A stretch of DNA of 64,000 nt from Spirochaetia bacterium. GTDB lineage: Bacteria; Spirochaetota; Spirochaetia; SZUA-6; Bin103. A model generated the notes under the pieces. The model worked only from the letters and a program-made list of their open reading frames with translations. It did no database searches and was not told the DNA's origin. Below, one piece after another: positions 30,694 through 40,185 of the stretch; position 1 is the stretch's first letter, and each line of letters begins with the position of its first letter. The DNA is taken from NCBI GenBank assembly GCA_965199955.1, contig CBDATQ010000002.1:1600001-1664000 (forward strand), written 5' to 3'. Made by a program: the position numbers and the translations under genes.

Positions 30694-31547
30694 GCCCTGC
30701 CGGACCTTCGGTCGTCACGGCAGCCGCGGTCAAGGAGCTCCGCGCCATGACCGGCGCCGGCATGATGGACTGCAAGACGGCGCTGGTCGAGGCGGACGGC
30801 GACCTGCAGGCGGCCGAGCGCAGGCTCAAGGAGCAGGGCCTTGCCGCGGCGGCCAAGCGCGTCGGCCGCGCGGCCGACGAGGGGCGGGTATTCGCAGCCG
30901 TTCGGAACGGCGGCGGCGCCCTGCTCGAGCTGTCGAGCGAGACCGACTTCGTCGCCCGCAACGATCAATTCGTGGAGTTGGGGCGGTCGCTGGTCGTGCA
31001 TGCCCTGGAGCAGGCCCTGCAGGAACCGGATGAGCACATGCAGGATGCGATCGGCGACCTTGCTTCCCGCATCCGCGAGAACATTGGCTTCAAGCGGTGC
31101 GCGGTGGTAGCGGTCGACGCCGCAGCGGGCGAGCATGTCGCGGACTACGTGCACGGCGAGGGTTCGATCGGCGTGCTGGTCAAGCTTCGCACCGGCGGAA
31201 CGGTCGACGAAGAGGTGCGACAGACCGCGCACGATCTGGCGCTGCACGTGGCTGCGTTCGCGCCGCGCTTCCTGTCACCGGATGACGTGGATGCCTCCTA
31301 CCGTGACGAGCAGGAGCAGATCTTCCGCACGCAGGCAGAGGCGCTCGGCAAGCCGGAGAAGGTCACGGAGGGGATCGTCCGCGGCAAGCTGGGCAAGCAC
31401 CTGTCGGAGATCTGCCTGCTGGAGCAGGGATTCGTGAAGGACGAGAAGCAGAATGTGAAGCAGGTCCTTGCCGGCCTCGGCAAGCGCCTCGGAGAGAAGG
31501 TGAGCGTCGCCGAGTTCCGCTACTTCAAGGTAGGCGAGCAGGATTGA
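30690..31547 (+). CDS. tsf: Elongation factor Ts
   Basis: [39 protein letters not shown]. Confidence 0.98.
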   Translation: MSPAGPSVVTAAAVKELRAMTGAGMMDCKTALVEADGDLQAAERRLKEQGLAAAAKRVGRAADEGRVFAAVRNGGGALLELSSETDFVARNDQFVELGRSLVVHALEQALQEPDEHMQDAIGDLASRIRENIGFKRCAVVAVDAAAGEHVADYVHGEGSIGVLVKLRTGGTVDEEVRQTAHDLALHVAAFAPRFLSPDDVDASYRDEQEQIFRTQAEALGKPEKVTEGIVRGKLGKHLSEICLLEQGFVKDEKQNVKQVLAGLGKRLGEKVSVAEFRYFKVGEQD

Positions 31548-31589
31548 TGGGCGGACAGGCAGCTACGACCGGATTTGGGGAGAATACAC

Positions 31590-32144
31590 ATGGCTGACGC
31601 GACCGCGGATGCGAGGAAGCGCATGACCCGGGCGATTCAGGCGCTGGAGTCGGAGTTCCGCACCATCCGGACCGGCCGGGCCTCCGCATCGCTGTTCGAC
31701 CGCATCACGGTGCGGTACTACGACCAGGACATGCCCCTGAATCAGGTCGCCTCGATCACCGTGCCGGAAGCGCGTCTGGTCGTGATCCAGCCCTGGGACC
31801 TCTCTCTCTTGGGGGAAGTCGAGCGCGCGATCCAGAAGTCCGACCTGTCGTTCAACCCCAGCAATGACGGAAAGGTGATCCGCATAGCCATTCCTCAGCT
31901 CACCGCCGAACGCCGGCAGGAGATCGCCAAGTTGGCCCGGGCGGCAGGGGAGCGCGCTCGCGTCGGCATTCGCAACGTGCGGCGCGACGCCAACGAGGCG
32001 ATCAAGAAAGCGCAGAAGGACGGTGACACCTCAGAGGACGACGCGCGTCGCATGACGGGGGAAATCCAGAAGCTGACCGACGCTCAGATTGCCAAAATCG
32101 GCGACTTGGTGGAGCAGAAGGAGCAGGAGATCCTTTCGATCTAG
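31590..32144 (+). CDS. frr: Ribosome recycling factor
   Basis: IRTGRAS, IQPWD, NPSNDG, LTAERR, IRNVRRDAN, IQKLTD. Confidence 0.98.
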   Translation: MADATADARKRMTRAIQALESEFRTIRTGRASASLFDRITVRYYDQDMPLNQVASITVPEARLVVIQPWDLSLLGEVERAIQKSDLSFNPSNDGKVIRIAIPQLTAERRQEIAKLARAAGERARVGIRNVRRDANEAIKKAQKDGDTSEDDARRMTGEIQKLTDAQIAKIGDLVEQKEQEILSI

Positions 32145-32170
32145 GAGTCTCACCGGCTCCCAGGAGAGGG

Positions 32171-33094
32171 TTGGGGATGGCGGCACCCGCTTCGCGGCCC
32201 CCCGGGGCCCGGAAGGAATCGGGCCGGCCCGCCCCCGACGGCTCGCCCCACGCCGAGAGCCGCCGGGAGACGGCCGGCCGCCTGTTGCTGTTTGCCCTTG
32301 CCGTTCCCTTCTTCATCACGGTGACGCTGCTGCTGCCGGGTCACCGGCACCTTGCGCTGGCGGTGTCGACCACGGTGGCCACCGCGTTCGCCGCGCACGA
32401 GGTGGTGCAGCTCATGCTGGGCGCGAACCGGAACCGGTTCGGTGACGGCGTCGCGATCGTCGCGAGCGCCGGCGTGCCGGCCGTGACTTGGATGCAGATC
32501 GCCGGCGTGGCCGATGAGCATGCGCTGCTCGGATATCTGGCAGGAGGCGCCGCCGTGCTGCTGGTGGTCAGCACGGTTCCCAGCGGGCGGCCGGCATCCG
32601 AGCCGCTTCGTGAACGAGCGTCTGCGACGCTGCTGGTTCTGCTCTATCCAGGACTGCTGGTCAGCTACGTCGTCAGGATTGCGTCGCTGGACCATGCCGG
32701 CCAGGCGCTGCTCGCATTCTTCATCCTGGTGTTCGGCACCGACATCGCCGGGTACGTGGTCGGGCGCCTTACCCGCGCCCGTCCCTGGGGCCTGCCGGTC
32801 AGCCCCAACAAGACCGCGGCCGGTTTCGCCGGCTCGCTGATCATGGCGCTGATCCTGGGGGTTGCCGTGACGAGGCTGTTTCCGCTTGCGGTGCCGTTCG
32901 GCCCGGCCGCGGCTCTCGGTCTGGGCGCGGCAGTCGGGACCGCGACCATCGCCGGCGACCTGGTGGAGTCGGGCCTCAAGCGCGCCGCCGCCGTCAAGCA
33001 CTCCGGCCGTCACATTCCGGGGCGCGGCGGCGTGATGGACTCGATCGACTCTATCCTGCTGGGTGCACCCGTGTTCTACGCGGTAGTAGCTTAA
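32171..33094 (+). CDS. cdsA: Phosphatidate cytidylyltransferase
   Basis: TDIAGYVVG, VSPNKT..G, GDLVESGLKRAAAVKHSG.IPGRGGVMDSIDS. Confidence 0.93.
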   Translation: MGMAAPASRPPGARKESGRPAPDGSPHAESRRETAGRLLLFALAVPFFITVTLLLPGHRHLALAVSTTVATAFAAHEVVQLMLGANRNRFGDGVAIVASAGVPAVTWMQIAGVADEHALLGYLAGGAAVLLVVSTVPSGRPASEPLRERASATLLVLLYPGLLVSYVVRIASLDHAGQALLAFFILVFGTDIAGYVVGRLTRARPWGLPVSPNKTAAGFAGSLIMALILGVAVTRLFPLAVPFGPAAALGLGAAVGTATIAGDLVESGLKRAAAVKHSGRHIPGRGGVMDSIDSILLGAPVFYAVVA

Positions 33095-33098
33095 CGTC

Positions 33099-34466
33099 GT
33101 GGACACGGTGCTCACCATCGTCATCGGCGTGGTCGGACTGGGGGTGATGATCCTGGTCCACGAGGCCGGCCACTTCCTCGCGGCGCGCGCGGCGGGCGTG
33201 CACGTTGAGATCTTCTCCCTCGGCTGGGGCAAGCGGCTGGTCGGCCTGCAGCGCGGCGGCACGTGGTATCAGATCTCCTGGTTTCCGTTCGGCGGCTACT
33301 GCAAGATGCGGGGCGACGAGGTCTTGCGCGGCGGGCGGGATGCGTGGACGCCCGGGCTCACCGAGCAGCAGGGGGCGTTCTTCGCCGCCGGTCCGTGGCG
33401 GCGTATCGCGATCGTCGCCGCCGGGCCGGTCGCGAACCTGGTGTTCGCGTTGCTGGTGCTGACCATCGTCGCGTGGACGGGCTTCACGGTCCGTACGCCG
33501 GACAACCGCATCGTGGTCCCGGCAGACCGGCCGTCGCCGGCGCTCAGCGCCGGGCTGCAGACCGGCGACCGCATCACGGCCATCGACGGGCGGCGGGTGA
33601 GGAGCTTCCGCGACATCCGCCGCGAAGTCGCGCCCGCACCGGAGCGGGGGTTGCGAGTCCGGGTGGAGCGCGCAGGCCGGGAGCTCATGGCCGACCTCAC
33701 GCCCGAGCTGGATCCGCAGACGCAGGGGGGCCGCATCGGCGTCTACGCATGGGTCGACCCCGTGATCGGCGCCGTCGATGGTCATGGCGGAGAGTCCGGC
33801 CAGGGCGCCGCCGCCGGGCTCGCGCCCGGCGACCGCATCGTGGCCGTGGACGGGAGCACCGTCGCGCACACGATCGACCTCTACGAGGCGCTCCGCGCCA
33901 GCGAGGATCCGGCAGAGCTCACGGTGGAACGCGACGGCCGCCAGCTTGCCGTGCGGCAGGCGCTCACGGAGACCGCCGCGGGCGTCGACCTCGCCGGCGC
34001 GCGCGTGCGTATCCCGCTGGTCCGCTACCGTGAATCGGGGCCCGCGCAGGCGTTCGCAGCCGCGCTCCGCGAGGTGGTGCGCACGGTCGCCGTGACGATC
34101 GAGGGGATCGGCCGGCTGCTGCGGGGGGGCGGCGGCGTGCAGGACTCCGTGGCGGGCCCGTTGCGGCTGACCTACTACGTGGGCACGGTGGCGGCAGGCG
34201 GCCTGCAGATCGGCCTTGCCGCCGGCGTCACCGACTTCCTGCGCTTCGTGAGCGTGATCAGCGTCGTCCTCTTCCTGATGAACCTGCTGCCGATACCGGC
34301 GCTGGACGGCGGTCACATCGCGCTCTACGCCGTCGAGGTGATCCTGCGCCGACGTGTCAAGCCGTCGGTGGTCTACCGCATACAGACCATCGGAGTGTCG
34401 CTTCTGATCCTGTTCGCGATCTCGGTGACCCTGAGCGACATTCTGTTCCTTGCAGGGAGCCGCTGA
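33099..34466 (+). CDS. rseP: RIP metalloprotease RseP (two PDZ domains)
   Basis: HEAGH, FSLGWG, GGYCKM, AGPVAN, NLLPIPALDGGH. Confidence 0.95.
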   Translation: MDTVLTIVIGVVGLGVMILVHEAGHFLAARAAGVHVEIFSLGWGKRLVGLQRGGTWYQISWFPFGGYCKMRGDEVLRGGRDAWTPGLTEQQGAFFAAGPWRRIAIVAAGPVANLVFALLVLTIVAWTGFTVRTPDNRIVVPADRPSPALSAGLQTGDRITAIDGRRVRSFRDIRREVAPAPERGLRVRVERAGRELMADLTPELDPQTQGGRIGVYAWVDPVIGAVDGHGGESGQGAAAGLAPGDRIVAVDGSTVAHTIDLYEALRASEDPAELTVERDGRQLAVRQALTETAAGVDLAGARVRIPLVRYRESGPAQAFAAALREVVRTVAVTIEGIGRLLRGGGGVQDSVAGPLRLTYYVGTVAAGGLQIGLAAGVTDFLRFVSVISVVLFLMNLLPIPALDGGHIALYAVEVILRRRVKPSVVYRIQTIGVSLLILFAISVTLSDILFLAGSR

Positions 34467-34470
34467 TCCC

Positions 34471-36654
34471 GTGGCTCGGAGCGGCGTTCCGCCGGCAGCG
34501 GGCGGGGTAGTACGGCGGTGTCCGCGGGGGACGGTCCTCCTCGCCATCGCACTGTCGGTCCTGGTAGCGGCCGTTCACGGCGCCACCTCGGCGCCGCTGC
34601 AAACGGTGGGCGCATCGGGCCGCATCCCCGAGTCCGGACTGCAGCTCAACACCGGCCACCGGGGTGCGGTGACGCTGATGGCGTCGTGGCGGGGCGGATC
34701 TTTCGTGGTGTCCGCCGGTGTGGACGGGACGCTCCGGGTATGGGACCCACGTGACCGGTCGCTCCGGCACACGGTGGCGCTGGGAGGCGTCCCGTCGGCG
34801 CTGGTGGTGCACCCGTGGTTGCCGCGTGTCTTCGCCGCGCTCGGCGACGGATCGGAAGAGCGGCTGACAGCCTGGGATTGGGAGCAGGGGCTGGTGCTGT
34901 TCACCATTCCGCTGGGCAATCCACCGCTGTTCCTGGGTTTGTCGCGCACCGCCGGATCACTGCTCGTCGGGCGGGCGTCGGTCGACGGCCTGTCGCTCAT
35001 CGATCCGACCACGGGGGAGCGGCAGCCGGGATTGGAGAGCGGCACCGGTATCGTCACGTTCGCGGTCACGTCCCGCGACGAACGGACGGTGTTGACCTAC
35101 CAGCCGTCGGGTTCCCTGGTGTATCGCAATCGGGCGACCGGCGGGATCCTGCAGCGCCTGCGGGTGCCCGGGGACCTTGCCGACCTGGGTCTGAGCAGCG
35201 ACCGGCGCTACTTGGTCGGCCGCTCCGGGGAGTGGCTGGTATCGGTCGATGCGGTCGACGGCGCGGAAACCGACCGCCTGCGCATCGCCGGCCTGCGCAC
35301 GATGGAAGTCTGGGACACTGCCGACCGGGTCGTGGTGGCGGCGGAGGACGAGTCCGGTCCGTCCCTGCGCACCGTCTCGGTCAGCGCGGGCCGTTTCGAC
35401 GCGACACGGTCGGCATGGCGGGTCGCGCAGACGCCGACGGCACTGTCGTACGGCCACGAGAAACTGTTCGCAGGCATGCCCGACGGCACGATACTGACGC
35501 TCGACCTGCGCGATCCCGAGCCGGCGGCTGCCGTGCTCGTACGCGACGAACGGCTCGCGATCCTGGACGTGGCGGTCGCCGGCAACACGGTGGTGCTGGC
35601 GACCCGGGCCGGATTGGTCACCCTGACCGGCGGCTTCGTCGGCGGGGCGCCGTTGCGGCTCGCTGCCGGCATGAGAACCGGCATCGCCGCACGGGTGTTG
35701 GCGGCACCGTTCGGGGAGCGTACGGCGAGCACCATGCGGGTCACGGCGCTCGACGCCGCGCGCGTGCTGGTCTGGTCGGATGGCGACGAGCCCGGCATCG
35801 CCGTGCTGCATCTCCCGGAACATCTGGTCGGTGTACCGCAGCCGCCGTTTTCCGCTCCGCTGGTGAACCTGGACGCTACCGGCGGGACGATTGCCGCGGT
35901 CGACCGTACCGGACAGGTCGCGCTGCTCGCCGCGCACACCGGGGAGTCCCTGGCGGAGTCGGGAGACGGAGCGCCCGGCTCGCCCCGTACCGTACTCGAG
36001 ACGCTCCGTGCCGTCAGGATCGCGGGCACGACCGACGCGGTGGCCGCAGCGCGTGACGGGGGGCCGGCGCTGGTGGCTGCGCTGGCCGGCCTCGGCGGGA
36101 TGGGCTCATCGATCGTGAGCATCGCGGCGGCGACCGGCGGGACGGTGGCGATGCCCGATCGGCGCAGCTTCGTCTACGATCTGGCCTACGACCCGTACGC
36201 GGGAGCGCTGTACTCGCTGGGCGTGCACGCAGGGGCCGGGAGCCGCACCACCTTGATGCTCCATGCAGGACCGGGGCTCGATCGTCGCCGTACGCTGTTC
36301 GTCTCCGCGGGTGAAGACCTGCGGGCGTCCGTGGCGGTCGAGCCGGCCGACACAGCCGGTGGGAGGGTCTTCTTCTCGCTGGCAGGAAGGGTGCGGCTCT
36401 GGGACGGGCGGCGCATACGGCCGCTTGCAGAAACCGGCCGGGAGGCGCGCCGGCTCTCCGTGCACCGGGGCAGGGTCTACGCGGTCAACTCCGACGGCAC
36501 CCTCAGCGCGTGGTCGTCCGACACCCTGGCCCATCAGTTCGACCTGCACGTCTGGCGTGACTTCGAGTGGCTGGTGAGTGCCGGAGACCGGTACTGGACC
36601 TCGCCGGACGGTGCCAGGTATGTGGGCAGTCCCGATGCGGGACGCGGGAGGTAG
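34471..36654 (+). CDS. Exported WD40/beta-propeller protein
   Basis: Signal-like VLLAIALSVLVAAVHG and the WD repeat GHRGAV...SAGVDGTLRVWD; beta-rich throughout. Start uncertain. Confidence 0.7.
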   Translation: MARSGVPPAAGGVVRRCPRGTVLLAIALSVLVAAVHGATSAPLQTVGASGRIPESGLQLNTGHRGAVTLMASWRGGSFVVSAGVDGTLRVWDPRDRSLRHTVALGGVPSALVVHPWLPRVFAALGDGSEERLTAWDWEQGLVLFTIPLGNPPLFLGLSRTAGSLLVGRASVDGLSLIDPTTGERQPGLESGTGIVTFAVTSRDERTVLTYQPSGSLVYRNRATGGILQRLRVPGDLADLGLSSDRRYLVGRSGEWLVSVDAVDGAETDRLRIAGLRTMEVWDTADRVVVAAEDESGPSLRTVSVSAGRFDATRSAWRVAQTPTALSYGHEKLFAGMPDGTILTLDLRDPEPAAAVLVRDERLAILDVAVAGNTVVLATRAGLVTLTGGFVGGAPLRLAAGMRTGIAARVLAAPFGERTASTMRVTALDAARVLVWSDGDEPGIAVLHLPEHLVGVPQPPFSAPLVNLDATGGTIAAVDRTGQVALLAAHTGESLAESGDGAPGSPRTVLETLRAVRIAGTTDAVAAARDGGPALVAALAGLGGMGSSIVSIAAATGGTVAMPDRRSFVYDLAYDPYAGALYSLGVHAGAGSRTTLMLHAGPGLDRRRTLFVSAGEDLRASVAVEPADTAGGRVFFSLAGRVRLWDGRRIRPLAETGREARRLSVHRGRVYAVNSDGTLSAWSSDTLAHQFDLHVWRDFEWLVSAGDRYWTSPDGARYVGSPDAGRGR

Positions 36655-36659
36655 CGCCC

Positions 36660-36685
36660 CGCGCGGCAAATCCGACAGACTCCTA
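36660..36685 (-). repeat. Half copy of the TAG-GAGTCT palindromic mini-element
   Basis: TAGGAGTCTGTCGGATTTGCCGCGCG is 25/26 identical to 39718-39743 and begins at the dnaB stop codon. Confidence 0.75.
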
Positions 36686-38017
36686 TGCCGCCGACTGTCC
36701 GTGCTGGAATGACTCGAACCGGACGTACCGGGGGACGAACGCGAGCTTGATGTCCTCGGTGGGTCCATTGCGCTGTTTGGCCACCATCAGCTCGGTTTCC
36801 ACCTGCGGTCCGTCCGGCTCGCGGTCGCGGTGCAGGAACATCACCACGTCTGCGTCCTGCTCGATGGAGCCCGACTCGCGGAGGTCGGCCAGCGCGGGGC
36901 GCCTGCCCTCGGTTTCGCGCCGGACCTGGGACAGCGCCACGACCGGTATGGTGAGCTCGCGCGCCAGCGCCTTCAGCGATCGCGAAATCTCGGCTATCTG
37001 CTCGTGGCGGGGCAGGTCCAGATGCTCCGACGTCACCAGGGTCAGGTAGTCGATGAAGACGATGCCCACGTCGTGCCTGGCGCGCATGCGGCGCGCCTGG
37101 GCGCGCAGGTCGAGCAGCCGAAGTCCCGGGGTGTCGTCGATGTAGAGGGGTGCGTCGTAGATGCGGCCGGCGGCATCGGTGATCTGCTGCCAGTCCGACG
37201 GTTTCAGCAGTCCGGCGCGAATCCGCGTGGAGTCGATCCGTGCCTCGCTCGCCAGCACGCGCTGCATCACGGCATGGCTTGACATTTCCAGGGTGAACAG
37301 GCCGACCGGCACCGGCTTTTCGGCCCGGATCGCGATGTTGGTCGCCATGGAGAGCGCGAGTGCGGTCTTGCCGACCGACGGCCGCGCGCCGATGACGATG
37401 AACTCCGATTCCTGGAAGCCGCTGGTCAGGCGATCCAGGTCGGGGTAGCCGCTCGGCACGCCCGTGTAGGCGGCGCCGGCGCGGGACAGTGCTTCGATCT
37501 TGTTCACGGTCTGGGTGACGATCTCCCGGGCGCTCTGGTACGAGCCCGAGAGCTGCAGGTCGGACAGGTCGAAGATTCGCCGCTCGGCGTCGTCGATCAC
37601 CTCGCGGACGTCGCGGCCCGCGGCGTGCGCATCGGCCGACAGCTCCGCGGACAGCGTCAGCATGCGCCGGCGCAGGCTGCACGCCTGAACGATCCTGGCG
37701 TAGTACTCGACGTTGGCGCTGGTAGGGACGCCGGTGGTGAGCCCGGAGATGTAGGAGGCGCCCCCGCAGGCATCGAGCGCTTCGGCGCGCTCGAGCTCGT
37801 CCGTGAGCGTGATCAGGTCGACAGGGTCGCTGCGGTTGAAGAGCGCGACGATCGCTTCGAAGACCCGCCGGTGGGCGGGGCGGTAGAAGTCCTCCGCCCG
37901 CAGGTAGCGCAGCACGACCGGCAGCGCTTCCTCGTTGAGCAGCAGCGCGCCGAGCGCCGCCACCTCCGCTTCGAGGTTGTGAGGAGGGACGGAGTCGGGC
38001 AGGGCTCCGTCAGCCAC
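36683..38017 (-). CDS. dnaB: Replicative DNA helicase (no intein)
   Basis: PPHNLEAE, GARPSVGKT, IDYL, ALSQ, DLRESGSIEQDAD, AKQRNGPT. Confidence 0.98.
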   Translation of the reverse strand: MADGALPDSVPPHNLEAEVAALGALLLNEEALPVVLRYLRAEDFYRPAHRRVFEAIVALFNRSDPVDLITLTDELERAEALDACGGASYISGLTTGVPTSANVEYYARIVQACSLRRRMLTLSAELSADAHAAGRDVREVIDDAERRIFDLSDLQLSGSYQSAREIVTQTVNKIEALSRAGAAYTGVPSGYPDLDRLTSGFQESEFIVIGARPSVGKTALALSMATNIAIRAEKPVPVGLFTLEMSSHAVMQRVLASEARIDSTRIRAGLLKPSDWQQITDAAGRIYDAPLYIDDTPGLRLLDLRAQARRMRARHDVGIVFIDYLTLVTSEHLDLPRHEQIAEISRSLKALARELTIPVVALSQVRRETEGRRPALADLRESGSIEQDADVVMFLHRDREPDGPQVETELMVAKQRNGPTEDIKLAFVPRYVRFESFQHGQSAA

Positions 38018-38028
38018 GGGAGCCGCCG

Positions 38029-38481
38029 CTACGACTGGGACGGGTCTATGCGAATCGAGAGCGTCGCCATCTCTCTGTCGTAGAGGCGCACGTCGGCGTT
38101 GTGTTCGCCCGTGGTCCGCAGCGAATGGCCGGGCACGTCGATCCGGCGGCGTTCGATGCTGTAGCCCAGCTTCTCGAGCTCGGCCGCGATGTTCGCACTC
38201 GAGATCGACCCGAACAGTTTCCCGGTTGCGCCGGCGGTGACCTCGAAGACCAGCAGCTCGGATTCGAGCCGTTCCTTGAGGCTGGCTGCATCGCGGCGCT
38301 TCTGCTGCTTGCGCAGCTCGATCTCGGCCGCGCGGCGTTCGATGGCCCGCACGTTCTGCGGGGTATGCGGCAGGGCCATCTCCTGAGGGATCAGGAAGTT
38401 GCGCGCGTAGCCCGGCTTGACATCGCGGACGTCACCCTCTTCGCCCAGTCCGATGACGTCGGTGTTCAGTATCACCCTCAT
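38029..38481 (-). CDS. rplI: 50S ribosomal protein L9
   Basis: MRVIL..DVIGLGEEGD..VKPGYARNFLIP, GKLFGSI. Confidence 0.97.
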   Translation of the reverse strand: MRVILNTDVIGLGEEGDVRDVKPGYARNFLIPQEMALPHTPQNVRAIERRAAEIELRKQQKRRDAASLKERLESELLVFEVTAGATGKLFGSISSANIAAELEKLGYSIERRRIDVPGHSLRTTGEHNADVRLYDREMATLSIRIDPSQS

Positions 38482-38541
38482 GAGGCACCTCGTTTCATGT
38501 TGTCCATTCGGAGCATGTTCGTTCGACTACGGCCGCTCCGG

Positions 38542-39582
38542 TCACGGTCGATCGGTATCGTCTTCGGAGTCCGAGCCGCCGGCCTGCAGGCGTTGGCGGT
38601 AGTGGACCCAGATCTCGGAAGCTCCGAACGCGGAGATGATAAGCAACAGCCACGGCAACGCAAAGAGGCCGATGACCAGCATCACGCCGATCAGCAGACT
38701 GGTCGTCGTGCCGGACTGCCCGTACCGGCCGGCGAACACCCGCATGATCGCGATCCCCTGGATGCCGAACACGAACGCCATCACCAGGACGGCGTTCCAG
38801 CCGATCGCGGCCAGCAGCTCGAGCCCTGCGTTTCCGAGCGCTCCGGTCTGGTCGATCGCCACCACGGCAAGGCCGCCGACGAGCACCCAGACCAGGTGGT
38901 CCGGGGCGTGGAATTCCGTCACCGGCCGCAAGGGTGACGGTATCCGGGCGCTGCGGGCACCGACCGCGGTGCCTATCCACCACTGGCTGGTCAGGAACAC
39001 GAAGTAGATCAGCAGGTAGCTGCGCAGGATGCCGGGCGCAGTCTCCCGGAACGTGTCGGCCATGCTGCGCGCGGCCGCGATCGCGTCGGTGGCAAGTTCG
39101 TCGCCGAGCGAAGTCGAAGCGCTGTTCGCCCAGTTCATCAGGAACGACTCCGCCGCCAGGCTGGCGGTCTCCAGGAATCCCGCCATCAGGGGCATGGTGG
39201 CCACACCGGCCGCCACGGTGGCCCCGAGCAGCCGGTACAGCACCCGGTACTGGCTGAAGCGTGCCGATGCCAGGACGTACAGGCCGCCCACCGTCAGGAT
39301 CAGCACCAGGATCTCGGCGTGCATCAGCCCGTCGGCGATCTGCTCGGGCAGATCGCCCCAGCCGGTGAGCAGACGGAACGACACCGCGGCGATCCCGAAC
39401 AGCGCCGCGGCATAACCGAACGCCGTGATGCCGCGGCGGACGAGCAGTGCCTGCAGCGGCACGAGGCAGAGCAGCGGTCCGAACAACGGCAGGAACAGGT
39501 AGCTGACGGACGCTACGACCGCCAGCAGGATCACTTCGATCCAGTAGGAGCAGGCTGCGCGTGTCTCGTCGACTTCACTCAT
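38542..39582 (-). CDS. DUF2232/YybS-like membrane protein
   Basis: Polytopic hydrophobic protein immediately upstream of rplI; F-x-x-P-D-x-L-V-W, QGIAI, and G-x-x-E-x-W near the C-terminus. Confidence 0.75.
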   Translation of the reverse strand: MSEVDETRAACSYWIEVILLAVVASVSYLFLPLFGPLLCLVPLQALLVRRGITAFGYAAALFGIAAVSFRLLTGWGDLPEQIADGLMHAEILVLILTVGGLYVLASARFSQYRVLYRLLGATVAAGVATMPLMAGFLETASLAAESFLMNWANSASTSLGDELATDAIAAARSMADTFRETAPGILRSYLLIYFVFLTSQWWIGTAVGARSARIPSPLRPVTEFHAPDHLVWVLVGGLAVVAIDQTGALGNAGLELLAAIGWNAVLVMAFVFGIQGIAIMRVFAGRYGQSGTTTSLLIGVMLVIGLFALPWLLLIISAFGASEIWVHYRQRLQAGGSDSEDDTDRP

Positions 39583-39679
39583 CGCCGTTGAGGTCCGAAC
39601 GCGGAATTCGAGATAGCGTTCTTTTGTAGACGATCCTAGCGCCCCGAAACCGTCGCCTCCGGCTCCGTTTTCGGCCCAT
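39575..39679 (-). CDS. 34-aa Arg/Lys-rich small ORF at the rpsR position (possible decayed S18, or spurious)
   Basis: MGRKRSRRRRFRGARIVYKRTLSRIPRSDLNGDE*, with AGGTGGGG upstream; its stop overlaps the DUF2232 start (ATGAGTGA). Confidence 0.3.
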   Translation of the reverse strand: MGRKRSRRRRFRGARIVYKRTLSRIPRSDLNGDE

Positions 39680-39691
39680 CCCCACCTATCG

Positions 39692-39743
39692 CTACGGAGC
39701 TTGTCGGCCTTCCCGCTCGCGCGGCAAGTCCGACAGACTCCTA
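39692..39743. repeat. Palindromic mini-element (REP/MITE-like)
   Basis: Minus strand reads TAG-GAGTCTGTCGG-ACTTGCCGCGCGAGCGGGAAGG-CCGACAAGCTCC-GTAG, an imperfect hairpin starting at the ssb stop codon. Confidence 0.7.
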
Positions 39744-40184
39744 AAAAGGTATATCGTCCTCGAAGTCTCTGGAGGGACCCGGATCGGGACCCATGCGGTC
39801 GCCGGCCGGACCCGATGGGGGCGCACCGCCCGATGGGGCCGGCCCCTGGCCCATGGCGTCACCGCGTCCGCCGAGCAACTGTATGTTGCGGGTGAAGATC
39901 TCCACCTTGCTGCGCCGCTGGCCATCCTGCTCCCAGCGGTTCTGGCGCAACTCGCCCTCGAGTCCGATCTGCTTACCCTTGGTGAGGTACGGCGACAAGC
40001 TCTCCGCGGTCTTCCCCCATACCACACAGTCGAAGAAATGCGCTTCGTCGACCCACTGGTCATCGCGGCGCCGGCGGGTGTTGATCGCCAACGAAATGTT
40101 GGCCACCGCGCTGCCGCTGTTCGTGTACCGCAATTCCGCATCGCGCGTGAGGCGCCCGACCAGGACCACGTGATTGATATCCAA
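39741..40184 (-). CDS. ssb: Single-stranded DNA-binding protein
   Basis: NHVVLVGRLTRDAELRYT, YLTKGKQI, acidic tip FEDDIPF; TTG start. Confidence 0.97.
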   Translation of the reverse strand: MDINHVVLVGRLTRDAELRYTNSGSAVANISLAINTRRRRDDQWVDEAHFFDCVVWGKTAESLSPYLTKGKQIGLEGELRQNRWEQDGQRRSKVEIFTRNIQLLGGRGDAMGQGPAPSGGAPPSGPAGDRMGPDPGPSRDFEDDIPF

Positions 40185-40185
40185 C

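Noticed and set aside
31548..31589. Absence of pyrH between tsf and frr
   Set aside because: tsf directly followed by frr is the usual arrangement in Borrelia/Treponema-type loci, so it is not novel.
36683..38017. Intein in DnaB
   Set aside because: At 444 aa with contiguous helicase motifs, there is no insertion.
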